NCBI RefSeq assembly: GCF_001194135.2
Contig: NC_068984.1
Coordinates: 101,315,331 to 101,361,978 of the forward strand
Length of the DNA: 46,648 nt
Direction of reading: 5' to 3'
Origin: Octopus bimaculoides
Lineage: Eukaryota
Position numbers and translations under genes: made by a program. Each line of letters opens with the position of its first letter. The stretch's first letter is position 1. This document shows positions 1 through 11,252 of this stretch, piece by piece. Below the pieces are notes generated by a model. That model was given only the letters and a program-made list of their open reading frames with translations. It ran no database searches and had not been told where the DNA came from.

Positions 1-190
1 TGGTGGTGGTGGTGGTGGTGGTGGTGTGATTATCAGTGTTATTGCTGCTTTTGCTGTCTTCATTATTGTCGTCGTTGTTGTTATCGTTATTGTCTTGGTT
101 GTTGTTGTTGTTGTTGTCGCTGTTGCTATGTTACTACTATTGTCAGTAGTGTTTTTGTTGGGTTTTTTTGTTGTTGTTGTTGTTGATGAG
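1..190. repeat. (TGG)n/(TTG)n trinucleotide low-complexity tract
   Basis: Visible tggtggtgg and gttgttgtt runs. Confidence 0.9.
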
Positions 191-284
191 GATGTTACTA
201 TTTAATGCTGTTGATGTAGCATGTTTTTTGGCTTTACTTCTTATTAATGTAGACAATAGTTATACGTACATATTTTTTTACGCA

Positions 285-303
285 CATACATACATACATA
301 CAT

Positions 304-345
<42 letters not shown>

Positions 346-372
346 TGGCTGACAGACTGGCTGACAGACAGA
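285..372. repeat. (ATAC)n(AGAC)n compound tetranucleotide microsatellite
   Basis: Direct reading of the sequence. Confidence 0.95.
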
Positions 373-377
373 CATAT

Positions 378-760
378 GGAAAAAGACTGTCCTGGAATCA
401 ATATAGAGATTCCTCCCGTTATTGAATACATACACAAATATCAACACAAGGAATAATGGTGGACATTCCCATCAAAACATGTCAAGAGTTAAATATAACG
501 GGCCAGATATTGTTGTTTGGGACAGACAAGAAAAAAGTATGTACCATCTTATAGGTCAGCTGTCCTGTCGGTGTGAATATCTCTTCAAAAATCAAGAAGA
601 AAGAGGATAACTATGAATTACTGCTCTGCGATCCCCAGCTTCTATATCCAGATTATAAATTCACATTTATACCAATAATTATTGGTGCTCTTGGTTTTGT
701 GAATAAATGCCTAAGTGAGCTATGTGTCTTTATTAGAAACAAGTTCCTTCCTCAAATGAA
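378..760 (+). mobile_element. Decayed C-terminal restriction-like endonuclease (RLE) of an R4/Dong-like non-LTR retrotransposon
   Basis: Joining frames gives ...EYIHKYQHKE*WW(D)IPIKT..VKYNGPDIVVWDRQEK..CTIL*VSCPVGVNISSKIKKKEDNYELLLCDPQLLYPDYKFTFIPIIIGALGFV. This matches the RPD..E.SCP..K..KY..L..PiiiGalG pattern of RLE LINEs. Contains stops and frameshifts. Confidence 0.75.
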
Positions 761-799
761 GAATTCAGATAATTAAAAACAGAAGAGAACATATTTACA

Positions 800-1245
800 T
801 GCATATATACGATGCAGAGCCTTTTTTGGAAGACGTACGTCTTCTGTTGCGTACTCTGTCTATCCATGGATGCACAACTTTCTCCAACAATTCTGTGTAG
901 ACTGCGGCATTAACTCTTAAGCCCTGTGAAAAGAAAAGTGAGTATGGCATCTCCACGCTGCTGACGACACCCGAAACTACCAGAGTTCTTGGGAATTTGG
1001 TATGCATGACCGTTGGAACCTCATTCAGGTCTCTGCATAATTATCTGTCGTTCTTTTTGTTTACCTTCAAATCCTGATCGAAGTTTTTTTCTTATCGGTG
1101 AAAAACTAAAATATTCCAGCCTCTTGATGCTTTAACTTGTTTAGCAAACGCTTTGCACGGATCGAAATATTTTCTCTCGTTACATCGGACATAAACTGAT
1201 CTCTGCGCATCATATACTTGTGCCGGATGTCCTTATGCACATCTG
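800..1245 (-). mobile_element. IS630-Tc1-mariner transposase fragment, DD37D/maT-like (middle part)
   Basis: Reverse strand reads VHKDIRHK..MMRRDQFMSDVTRENISIRAKRLLNKLKHQEAGIF*FFTD..KNFDQDLKVNKKNDR*LCRDLNEVPTVMHTKFPRTLVVSGVVSS..MPYSLFFSQGLRVNAAVYTELLEKVVHPWIDRV. Confidence 0.8.
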
Positions 1246-1381
1246 CCTTTTTATTAGCTAAGCCAGCTTCATGTCTGACATAATTTATCTATAAAGTTAA
1301 AGGAGAGGGGGGAAAAAGTTAGAAGAAAGTTACAGGTCTTAAAGGAGGTGCTCTCAAAACACTGAGGCACTTTGTATACAT

Positions 1382-1521
<140 letters not shown>

Positions 1522-1749
1522 CATAACGGCTTCAGACCATCACGAAGGACTTCTCAGTCGGTAATCTCGTTATTTTCATTATATTCTTTATTTACTTCTT
1601 TGTTTGTTTGTTTGTTTGTTTGTTTGTCTGTTTGTGTGTTTCAGTTGTTGTTTTGTTTTTTCTCATTTTTGAAAATCTATTTTGGAACTGACCGAAAAAC
1701 TATGTTGGTGATTCGGCATTCCCTACATCTTCCTTCCTTACCTCTACTT

Positions 1750-1996
1750 TCCACCATCACCACCATCACACCCCATCACCACCATCACACCCCATCACCA
1801 CCATCACACCCCATCACCACAGCCCCACATCACCGCACTAGACCACTCCACTACGTCACTCCCACCACCACCACTACATCTCCACACCACACCATTACCC
1901 AACCATACCATCTTCACACCATCCACAACTGCGCGTCACACGCCCAACACCACTCCAACACACCACACCAACACCCATAGTAATACCACTGACCGA
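1750..1996. repeat. CAC/ACC-rich degenerate tandem repeat running into an assembly gap
   Basis: Repeated ccatcacaccccatcacca units; N-gap 1997-2852 followed by (AG)n at 2853-2900. Confidence 0.85.
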
Positions 1997-2852
1997 NNNN
2001 NNNNNNNNNNNNNNNNNNNNNNNNNNNNNNNNNNNNNNNNNNNNNNNNNNNNNNNNNNNNNNNNNNNNNNNNNNNNNNNNNNNNNNNNNNNNNNNNNNNN
2101 NNNNNNNNNNNNNNNNNNNNNNNNNNNNNNNNNNNNNNNNNNNNNNNNNNNNNNNNNNNNNNNNNNNNNNNNNNNNNNNNNNNNNNNNNNNNNNNNNNNN
2201 NNNNNNNNNNNNNNNNNNNNNNNNNNNNNNNNNNNNNNNNNNNNNNNNNNNNNNNNNNNNNNNNNNNNNNNNNNNNNNNNNNNNNNNNNNNNNNNNNNNN
2301 NNNNNNNNNNNNNNNNNNNNNNNNNNNNNNNNNNNNNNNNNNNNNNNNNNNNNNNNNNNNNNNNNNNNNNNNNNNNNNNNNNNNNNNNNNNNNNNNNNNN
2401 NNNNNNNNNNNNNNNNNNNNNNNNNNNNNNNNNNNNNNNNNNNNNNNNNNNNNNNNNNNNNNNNNNNNNNNNNNNNNNNNNNNNNNNNNNNNNNNNNNNN
2501 NNNNNNNNNNNNNNNNNNNNNNNNNNNNNNNNNNNNNNNNNNNNNNNNNNNNNNNNNNNNNNNNNNNNNNNNNNNNNNNNNNNNNNNNNNNNNNNNNNNN
2601 NNNNNNNNNNNNNNNNNNNNNNNNNNNNNNNNNNNNNNNNNNNNNNNNNNNNNNNNNNNNNNNNNNNNNNNNNNNNNNNNNNNNNNNNNNNNNNNNNNNN
2701 NNNNNNNNNNNNNNNNNNNNNNNNNNNNNNNNNNNNNNNNNNNNNNNNNNNNNNNNNNNNNNNNNNNNNNNNNNNNNNNNNNNNNNNNNNNNNNNNNNNN
2801 NNNNNNNNNNNNNNNNNNNNNNNNNNNNNNNNNNNNNNNNNNNNNNNNNNNN

Positions 2853-2901
<49 letters not shown>

Positions 2902-2944
2902 CAGACAGACAGAGTCGGAGGCAGACAGACACGGATAAACTTAG

Positions 2945-4110
2945 TTAAAATCATTATTTTAAAACCCAACAAAGTCCCATCTGGAATATATCATACATAC
3001 CCGTTAGCACTCAAAAGTTCCAGAAAGGCTAATACAAACAACACACTCCCCATCTTCAAATCACAACATGGATTCAGACCGGTATACCTAACTACTACAA
3101 GACAGACGGACTTCGGACATTGGATTACATGACACTTTTAATAATAAACCTCCCACAAACCCACCTTTCCTTTTACTATCGATATCAGTCAAGTTTTCTA
3201 TTTTATTTCTCTTTAAACAGAGTACTTAAGGTCACACTATGTAACAGCACAAAACAAGGGCTCGTAAACTACCTATCAAGTAGTCCAGATTACCTACTGT
3301 ATAAAACAATGTTTCCAGAACTTGCAAGATATATATAAGTAGGAGCTGTTTGTTCCAAGCTACACATAAAAGTATAAAATGATGCTTTATTTGTTCATAC
3401 AACAATAACAAAATACATAAATATATGCATACATGTATATATGTTTGTGTTCGCGAGCTCTTTTTCTCTCTGTCTTGCTTCAGTCGGTCCATGGTTGCGT
3501 TTTTAACAAGAAATATGAGAAATATTTTCTATATAAAATATGAAAATTTGCAAGCCACATCAAATATGCACATGGAACCGTTTGTACATGCTCTCCCAGT
3601 CACTTATATGCGTGCATAGTCTGCTCCTTGTTTGTTATTCAAATTTCAGCTCGTTGTCTGAATATTCATCAGAAAAACTTTTCACTATACTGTTTGTTCA
3701 CTTAGCGTACTGTTTGTATATGCTTTGCTAGCGCTAAATGCGTACGTAGTCTACTAGTGGTTTGTTGTTCAAATATCAACGCGTTGAGCCAATGGGCTCC
3801 CAGTGACTTATACTTAGCTCGTTGACCAAATTTCAGCTCGTTATGTGAGTTTAATTTTCTTCGGAAAAACTGTTCGTTATTCAGTTTGTTTCTTTAGAAA
3901 ACCGTTTGTATATGGATACTTCCACTGTACTAAACCCCAGACGCAGCGACACAATTACTCCAAACATACACAAATGACCGAAAAACCTGTCTCGATAAGA
4001 ACAGCCATAAATTAACACCTGCCAAATCTACAGTCTCCCTCCTGACCAGGATAACTACAGAACATTGAAAGCAACGAACACTCATACTCAACAACATAGA
4101 CATACCAGAC
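2945..4110 (+). mobile_element. Highly decayed LINE reverse-transcriptase remnants (Jockey/I superfamily-like), interrupted at about 3330-3915
   Basis: Fragments read ILKPNKVPS..., PIFKSQHGFRP (QHGFR motif), KQGLVNYLS, and later TPAKSTVSLLT..EH..LILNNIDIP. Confidence 0.45.
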
Positions 4111-4339
4111 AGTGATATTATTTCATTCTTTGTTTCGGTTTATAAATGTTTTTAGGCTTCAGTTCAAACTATGAGTATTAGAAAGATAATCATTTATTCG
4201 GTCAGGGAGTTGAGTAGGTGTAGAACCGTTGCTGTAAGTGATTCTCAGTTGGTTTTCTTTAATACGTGACGTAAATAAAATAAGACGGTGGTGCTGGAGA
4301 CATAGGAAGGCTAACAATTAGAATTATATATATTGGGTA

Positions 4340-4340
4340 T

Positions 4341-4400
<60 letters not shown>
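4340..4400. repeat. (CA)n(AT)n microsatellite
   Basis: Direct reading of the sequence. Confidence 0.95.
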
Positions 4401-4401
<1 letters not shown>

Positions 4402-4404
4402 CGC

Positions 4405-4515
4405 AGATACACACGAAGGGGTCCCACATTCACTCTCACGGTATTGGTCAACCTGGAACTATACTAGAATACACTTGCCCAAGGTGTCTCGCAGTGAGAC
4501 TCAACCCGAAACAAC
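4405..4515 (-). mobile_element. SINE family A head remnant
   Basis: acacttgcccaaggtg...cagtgagactcaacccg is the reverse complement of the family A head seen at 12030. Confidence 0.7.
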
Positions 4516-4719
4516 ACGTTTTTTTTCTTTATATATGAATCCATAAATATTATCTAAATAACCATCTTTATCAGTCCTTCTCAAATTGAGCAGAATCGAT
4601 CTATGGGGGCGATGAAAAATTATATAGTGGTATTGGGAGCAAGAGGTTGGTGGGAGGTGATAGCTGGTCTAAATTTTCAAAAATATTTCCAACTTTTACT
4701 GTGTGTAAACCATTTGGTA

Positions 4720-4937
4720 TAATATTGCTATCAAATTTTAGCACAATTTCGGGGGAGGGAGTAATTCGATTACATTGATCTAAGTGCTCAACTGGAACTT
4801 CATTTTATCGACCTCCTCCGAAAAGATGAAAGGCAAAGTCGACTTCAGCGGAATTTGAGCTCAAAACGAAAAAGATGACGAAATGCCGCTAATCATTTTG
4901 TCCGGCGAGCTAACGATTCTATCAGCCTGCTGCCTTC
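4720..4937 (-). mobile_element. SINE family C copy (tRNA-like head)
   Basis: Reverse complement of the aaggcggcgagctggcagaatcgttagc...gagttcaaattccgccgaggtcgactttgcctttcatcc...gtcgataaaataagtaccagttgagcact pattern shared with other copies. Confidence 0.85.
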
Positions 4938-4962
4938 ATTTGGTAAAATATTAGTGAGTGAA

Positions 4963-5185
4963 ATAAGGCGACGATCTGGCAGAATTGCTGCCGCACTAGA
5001 TTAAATGCTTAGCGGTATTCTTCCGGTTTTTTACGTTCTGAGTTAAAATTCTGCTGAGTCAACTTCGTCTATCGGGGGTCGATAAATAAGATAAGTACTA
5101 GTTAATTACTGGAGTCGATCCAATCGACTTTCCCGTCCCCTTAAAGTTGATAGCTTTGTGGTTAAAATAAGAAAGAAAGATTATT
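4963..5185 (+). mobile_element. SINE family C copy, head-to-head with the previous copy
   Basis: taaggcgacgatctggcagaattg...ctgagttaaaattctgctgagtc...ggggtcgataaa...aagtactag; degenerate A-box and B-box motifs. Confidence 0.85.
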
Positions 5186-6451
5186 AGCGTTAGAAATGTT
5201 TTGACAATGTACATTATTTTGATGAAATATTTGTAAGTAGTACTTTGATGGCGATCAACCTATGGGCAACTAAATTTCGTGGGGGGTATCCCTTTAGAAG
5301 TAATATGGGTATCACTTCCCTTGATCCACATATTTTACGTATTAATAAGGCGGCATCTATATTCTTTCACCTTCTAATATGCATATCTGTCATAGTTCTC
5401 TTCCGCCACCACTGTCTTCTAACGAAGCGATTTCATGTTGAAACTCACATGTAACGGCCCTATGACTTGAGCCAAATAAAATAATTATGCCCAACGATAT
5501 ATATATTGCATACTTTCCTTCCGTTCGTTATTACAGTCGAATCTAAGCTTCCAGACGCTCCTTGTCAGTTGAGTACTGTAAAAGAACAGAAAATACAATA
5601 CTGCATAAGGGAAATGGAACCTCTACATGAAGCGACGAATTGAGTAGACAGAAAGAGCGTTCAAAATGATTAAATAAGAAGCATTCCTCTTCGACAAAGA
5701 TATTTCCAACGTATCTACAGAAACATATTCGTTTCCATAACTAACAGAAATCCCTGCAGACCAAAGGCACTGAAGGATTTGAAATGAATTTAATTCAACA
5801 ACCATATAAACAATTTTCAGAATGAGCTAAAGGCTTAGTTAACACTTTTTACAAATTCGCATAAGCAGAAAAGGTGTAAGCAAATACGACGAAATATTTT
5901 GCAGGACCTTGATAGAAATACACGCAAGCTTTTACTGGAGAATATTACTAACTCAAATACATATAATGCAAGAGATGACGGAAATTGGACTAAGCGCCAA
6001 AATTCATGTAAACTGTAGCTAAACACTTAAGGATCTCGAGGAGAATTTTAGAAGGAATCCAAAATGTAGACTAATAACCCCATAGAAAATGAAGTAGGCA
6101 TAATTAAAAAAACACACTAGATACCATAATTACAAAAATTAGGCTAGTTACAAAATTAACGCAATAGAATTTCATCAGTGACACTGTCAAGCAGTTTAAC
6201 AGTGTCGAAGACGAAATCAAATAGATTCGTTCAGATTAAAATGGGGGAGTTCTACCAATATATTTCTTGAAATTTTCTCGGGCAAGAATTTGTTAACCTT
6301 GCACAACCATCAGCGACACCGACAACAATATCAGAATAAACGAAAAGAATCAATGTTATTTTACAGTAATTTGGAGTGGGGTTTAAGAAATATGGAAATA
6401 AATGTTTTGGTGAAGCTATGAGAAGTTATGGTGGCACAAAATGACGGACCT

Positions 6452-6525
6452 TGTCAAGATATTTATACTCCAGCATGGCCGCAGTCAGATGACTGAAACA
6501 AGTAAAAGAGTAAAAGAGTAAATAC
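6452..6525 (+). mobile_element. SINE family A 3' tail fragment inserted in the Penelope element
   Basis: ctccagcatggccgcagtcagatgactgaaacaagtaaaagagtaaaagag. Confidence 0.8.
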
Positions 6526-7477
6526 ACAGAGAATAAAGCAAAAGTTAGGAATGATTATATAGAGATGACAGACTCGCCTTTCCTTACGGTGAATTCACCA
6601 TACCTTGTTATGACGTGTTTATGTCCAGTTTTTATTCACGGAGAGAATCACTCAATAAGATGGGAAAGCTTAGAAAAGCGATAATTAGTATATTCAGACA
6701 GTTTAATCTAAAAAATTACAATAAACAAATAAGATGAAAAAAAGAAATTTTTTAGACATAACATGAAACCTGAGCACATGTAAATAGTGCTCATTGCGTA
6801 AGCTGAATGAAGAAACTATATACTATAATAAAGGCTATTATAATTGTTCTCCTACAATTATTAAAAATATCACAAACAATATCAATAGACGCATTTTCAA
6901 CATATCATCAAACAAAGATATTTTTAATAAAGTGGGCCCCATTCTTTACTGGAACATTAAAGAAAATCAATTTTAACGACAAGATAAAATAAACAAAGAA
7001 AGAGGAAAATAACATGATTTCACAGCCTCGTCAGAATAGATGTGTCACCAATTATAGAAAACCTCATTTCTTAGACATACCATAAAATATTCGATAGAAA
7101 TCCTGTTGTTTAAGTAACATGTGGTTTCAAATCTTCGATTACAATCCTTTCTGTACCCATAACTACCCCTTGGTCATCTTTTTCCCCACAACATGTTACC
7201 AAGGTATAACTCAGTCGTATATCCTTACTCCTATTTATTAATCAATTGTATATCACAAAGCAAGAATTTATTGAATCATGCTATTAACTGTTTATTCGAC
7301 TAAATATTTATTAATCTATTTACTTACTTATTTAACAGTTTATTTATCAATTTAGGTTGTTTTTTTTTTAATTCAATCATTTGTTTCATTAGTTATTTAA
7401 TCAATATACATTTTATAACATTTTTTAAACATCTACCAATGCAGTGTCACAAATAATCTCCACAGTTAATACGAGAC

Positions 7478-7635
7478 TTCTTCACGATCCGAGTTCAAAA
7501 GCTGCCGAGGTTGACTTTGCTTTTCAGTATTTTGGAGTCGATAAAATAAGTATCAGTTCAGTAGAGGCATGATGTAATTGTCGTAGCTCCTTTAAAGTTG
7601 CTGGCCTTATTCCAAAATTTGAAAGCATTATATCT
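7478..7635 (+). mobile_element. SINE family C, 5'-truncated
   Basis: gagttcaaaagctgccgaggttgactttgcttttc...gtcgataaaataagtatcagtt. Confidence 0.75.
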
Positions 7636-8014
7636 TAAATTTTTCTTTACTCCGAACTAATGTATTTATTTTCCTGTCAAATACATTTATTTTACTAATT
7701 ACTTTCAGTTATCTCCCTTTAAAACATAATCTGACAATTATTACTCCTAAGCCAATGTTTGTAATGTGTTTGTTTCTCTTTCTGTTCCTGGACCACACAA
7801 AATTTTGCGCGTTAACAAGGCGAGCACTCGTTTAACCAATGAGATTTGTAAGTGCTTGTTAACTTCATGTATAGACATCTATTGTTTTGTTGTGTCATAA
7901 ATTCCGCCTAACGAAGCGTACTTACACGCAGAAACACACGAGTAACGTTATTATGCCTTAAACCAAATAAAAAAAAAAGATGAAAACAAAAAGGAAGATA
8001 ACAGGAAAGAAAAG

Positions 8015-8945
8015 AAATGAAATATGATTTTTAAACAATGAACTATTTTCTCTCTTTTTAAGAGACTTCGTAGAATGTTGAATTTAGCTTGATTAATTTG
8101 TGTCTCGATTTATACCGTGCCGACGATTTCACAGGACGATGAAATAGAACTATACACAGCTACCAACGACTAAAAACTTTAGGGTCTTTATTTCATTTGA
8201 TGTAAGAGGGAAAAAATAAAATGTAAAAATTAAATATGCATTTTCTTCAACTTGAACTACTTTAATTTGGAAGAGATCCTCTCCCTTTTAATGATAACTC
8301 ACCAGACACAAACCGCATGTTCGAAATACTCTGGTTACTTTTCTAAGATTATCCACGGGCAATGGCCGCGGTAAGATGAACATAAAGAATGTCTATTCTG
8401 ACTCATCTGGATAGATAGTACAATATAAAATGACTGCCAGAAATCTTTATCTGCACCCGTGAAGAATATACTGAATTGGGCTTGCAAAATTTGTTCGTTG
8501 TAAAAACATTAACTCTAATTACACAAAGAACTTTTGTGCCTGGCAAAATTACCCAGGAAGCATTTTGCTTAAATATAAGAAATTCCTTTCTTTCTATTTT
8601 CACTAATGCCAAACAGTTAACAAATTAGGATAAATGAAATATGTTTTTTAAACAATGAACTATTTTCTTTCTATTTAAGAAACTTCGTAGAATGTTGAAT
8701 TTAGGTTAGATAATTTGTGTCTCGAGTTATGTCCTGCCGACGCTTCCAAAGGAGGATGAACTAGTACTATACACGACTACCAACAACTAAAAGCTTTAGG
8801 AATTTTATTTCGTTTTATGTAAGAGAAAAAAAAGCATTAAAAATTAAATATGCATGTTCTTCAACTTATCTTAGTATAACGTAGAAGAGATTCACTTCCT
8901 GTTAATGGTAAGTCACCAGAAGCAAACCACGTGTTCAAATAATAT
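8015..8945. repeat. Diverged direct duplication of about 315 bp (8015-8330 and 8632-8945, offset 617 bp)
   Basis: Both copies begin aaatgaaatatg.ttttttaaacaatgaactattttct and remain alignable to tcaccaga..caaacc.catgttc. Confidence 0.9.
8875..8907 (+). CDS. Candidate 33-nt micro-exon (YNVEEIHFLLM) of an unidentified gene
   Basis: Acceptor ttcttcaacttatcttag|, donor ATG|gtaagt, phase 0/0 and open. The paralogous position in the upstream duplicate has lost both splice sites. Confidence 0.3.
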
Positions 8946-8968
8946 CATACGCGCGCGCGCGCGAGGGA

Positions 8969-9184
8969 ACGAGTGGGGCTGAAAAGTTCCTGTCTTTAAG
9001 GATTTCGCGAAAGGCTTGGCTAAAGGGCCAACTTCCGAGTTCTTTTACAGGGCTTACGAAAACTGAAGGACCACTGCAATAAGTGTGTGAATCTGAGAGA
9101 AAATATGCTGAATAGAATCATAATTAACAGATCCTCCTTTATTTTCTTTTACACAAAGCCAGGAACTTTTCAGCGCCCCCTCGT
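8969..9184 (+). mobile_element. Mariner-derived MITE (about 215 bp), copy 1
   Basis: TIRs acgag..gggctgaaaagttcctg / caggaacttttcagcgccccctcgt; the interior resembles a transposase 3' end (GLRKLKDHCNKCVNL). Second copy at 45801. Confidence 0.8.
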
Positions 9185-9190
9185 GTGTAT

Positions 9191-9366
9191 CAGTGCTCGG
9201 CAGCCTTTTTTCACTTGCGATACACATATTCTTTACAAAATTCGGCGGCACACCTGAACTAAAAATATAATTAAAAGTATACGGAGAGACATTATATTCA
9301 GGTTATACTGCGGCACACCTAGCATCGTCTTGTGACATACCAGTGCATACCGGTTGCGGAGCACTT
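9191..9366. mobile_element. hAT-like non-autonomous element
   Basis: Ends cagtgctcggcagcc / ggttgcggagcactt form an imperfect 15-bp TIR; internal repeated gcggcacacct motifs. Confidence 0.5.
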
Positions 9367-9374
9367 GCGCGCGC

Positions 9375-9418
<44 letters not shown>

Positions 9419-9629
9419 TTTTCTTTCAAATTTATAGCTAAGACGAACTAAAAAACCCTACAAGGTTCTAGATCTAATCACTAAGCACCCGACATACGCA
9501 CACTTTTATATTCTGTACAATTCAATCTCATATCATCAGTAAAACTATCCATTTATGTTACATAGTTATATCTGACAGCCGTTGCCCGTGTACGGGCTTA
9601 ATGAAGCAAACTCCAAAGTGGTTCAAAGT

Positions 9630-9800
9630 TATAGGAGTGACTGTGTGGTAAGAAGTTTGCTTCCCAAACACAATTCCTGGTTCAGTTCCACTGCGCGATG
9701 CCTTGTGCAAGTGTCTTCTACTATAGCCTCGAGCCTACCAAAACCTTGTGACTGGATTAGGTGGGCAGAAACTGAAAAGAAGCCTGTCGTATATATACAT
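9630..9800 (+). mobile_element. SINE family A head
   Basis: aggagtgactgtgtggtaag...ggttcagttccactgcg...gcaagtgtcttctactatagcc...gaaactgaaaagaagcctgtcgtatata. Confidence 0.85.
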
Positions 9801-9820
9801 ACATACATACATACATACAT

Positions 9821-10212
9821 TTTGTTGTTGTTGTTGGCACTCCGTCGCTTACGACGTCGAGGGTTCCAGTTGATCCGATCAACGGAACAGCCTGCTAGTG
9901 AAATTAACGTGCAAGTGGCTGAGCACTCCACAGACACGTGTACCCTTAACGTAGTTCTCGGGGATATTCAGCGTGACACAGTGTGACAAGGCTGACCCTT
10001 TGAATTACAGGCATAACAAAAACAGGAAGTAAGAGTGAGAGAAAGTTGTGGTGGAAGAGTACAGCAGGGTTAGCCACCATCCCCTGCCGGAGCCTCGTGG
10101 AGCTTTATGTGTTTTCGCTCAATAAACACTCACAACGCCCGGTCTGGGAATCGAAACCGCGATCCTATGACCGCGAGTTCGCTGCCCTAACCACTGGGCC
10201 ATTGCGCCTCCA
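9821..10212 (-). mobile_element. SINE family B, full length, nested in the (ATAC)n tract of a family A SINE
   Basis: Minus strand starts tggaggcgcaatggcccagtggttagggcagcgaactcgcggtcataggatcgcggtttcgattccc (tRNA-like A and B boxes) and ends ...cgtaagcgacggagtgcc(aac)n. Confidence 0.9.
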
Positions 10213-10331
10213 TACATACATACATACATNNNNNNNNNNNNNNNNNNNNNNNNNNNNNNNNNNNNNNNNNNNNNNNNNNNNNNNNNNNNNNNNNNNNNNN
10301 NNNNNNNNNNNNNNNNNNNNNNNNNNNNATT

Positions 10332-10730
10332 GCTGTGAATAAACTGTCACCTAAATTACGCAAAAATGAAAATAACACTGACATCTCATTTTAACAGATA
10401 TATTTATCAAAATTACATAAAAATATCTTGAAATACTAAAAGAGTAAATTTATTCAATAAAATCGCCATTTGCTACAATCATGGCCTCCAGACGAATTCG
10501 GAATTTCTTGCAACTCTTCTAGACGGTCTCTTTGTTTCAGTTGGTGAATGCTGTCATAATCCCTGCCTTTGTTTCATCTTTGGTGTTACAAGTTTTGTTG
10601 GTCTCTCACTCAACTGTGCCCTACACATAATAATGAAGTGGGCAACAGTCTGGAGAGTTAGGTAGCCAGATGCTAGGGGTGATGTGGTCGCAGAAATTGT
10701 CTGACAACATTTCGAGGCCAACTATAGTAG
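10332..10730 (-). mobile_element. DD37D/maT-like transposon 3' end
   Basis: Minus strand: LSDNFCDHITPSIWLPNSPDCCPLHYYV*GTVE*ETNK..NTKDETKAGIMTAFTN..KETV*KSCKKFRIRLEAMIVANGDF, matching the WPPNSPDxNPLDY region. Confidence 0.8.
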
Positions 10731-10950
10731 ACTACTGTATTCTTGGGATATTCTTTTGTTTGTAAAATTCTCATCTTATGATTACAGTCTTTTGGAATGG
10801 AGTAATGTTCTCATCCCTCTATTAAAAAGTTACGTAAGAAACAGTTGTAATGAGGTAACAATTATTCATCGTCTGTTATCATTCATTTCATTATATATAT
10901 ATATGCAGAAAAATGGCTAAAATTAGCCATGTTTATAAATGTTTCTCTGG

Positions 10951-11036
10951 AGACTGTCAAAATGATGTGGACGCCTCTGATGAGAACCCAATAAGGCTCG
11001 AAAATCAATTAAGGTTGTTCATCATTTTTTCAGTCT
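10951..11036 (+). ncRNA. Type I hammerhead ribozyme motif, copy 1
   Basis: CTGATGA at 10977-10983; stem II GAACC-caataa-GGCTC; GAAA at 11000-11003; stem III AATCAATT; cleavage triplet UUA (A11011); stem I cct/agg extended by aaaatgat/atcatttt and agactg/cagtct. Confidence 0.7.
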
Positions 11037-11252
11037 GCAGAGAAATGGCTAAAATTTGCCCTGTTTATAATTATACCATATGTTAGGTATATATTATATC
11101 ATATCTTGATACCGTGTGGACTAAGATCCCTGTTGACAGACCGTTGGTATTTATAGAGTGTTAAATACTTTCGGTATGCAAATTAGGAACCCCTTCATAG
11201 AGTTACTGGTGCATTTGTTCAGTATATAAACAGTTTGGCTGCTTATTTCTCT

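Larger units (their letters stand above)
5385..7975 (+). mobile_element. Decayed Penelope-like element with direct pseudo-LTR-like repeats at about 5385-5490 and 7890-7975
   Basis: RT remnants: YMKRRIE*TERAFKM..EAFLF (about 5625); LKDLEENFRRNPKCRLITP..NEVGII (about 6030); FLDITM..RKLNEETIYYNKGYYNCSPTIIKNITNNINRRIFNISSNKDIFNK (6750-6930). Both flanks share ctaacgaagcg..gaaac.cac..gtaacg..tatg.ctt.a.ccaaataaaa. Later SINE pieces are inserted within it. Confidence 0.75.
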
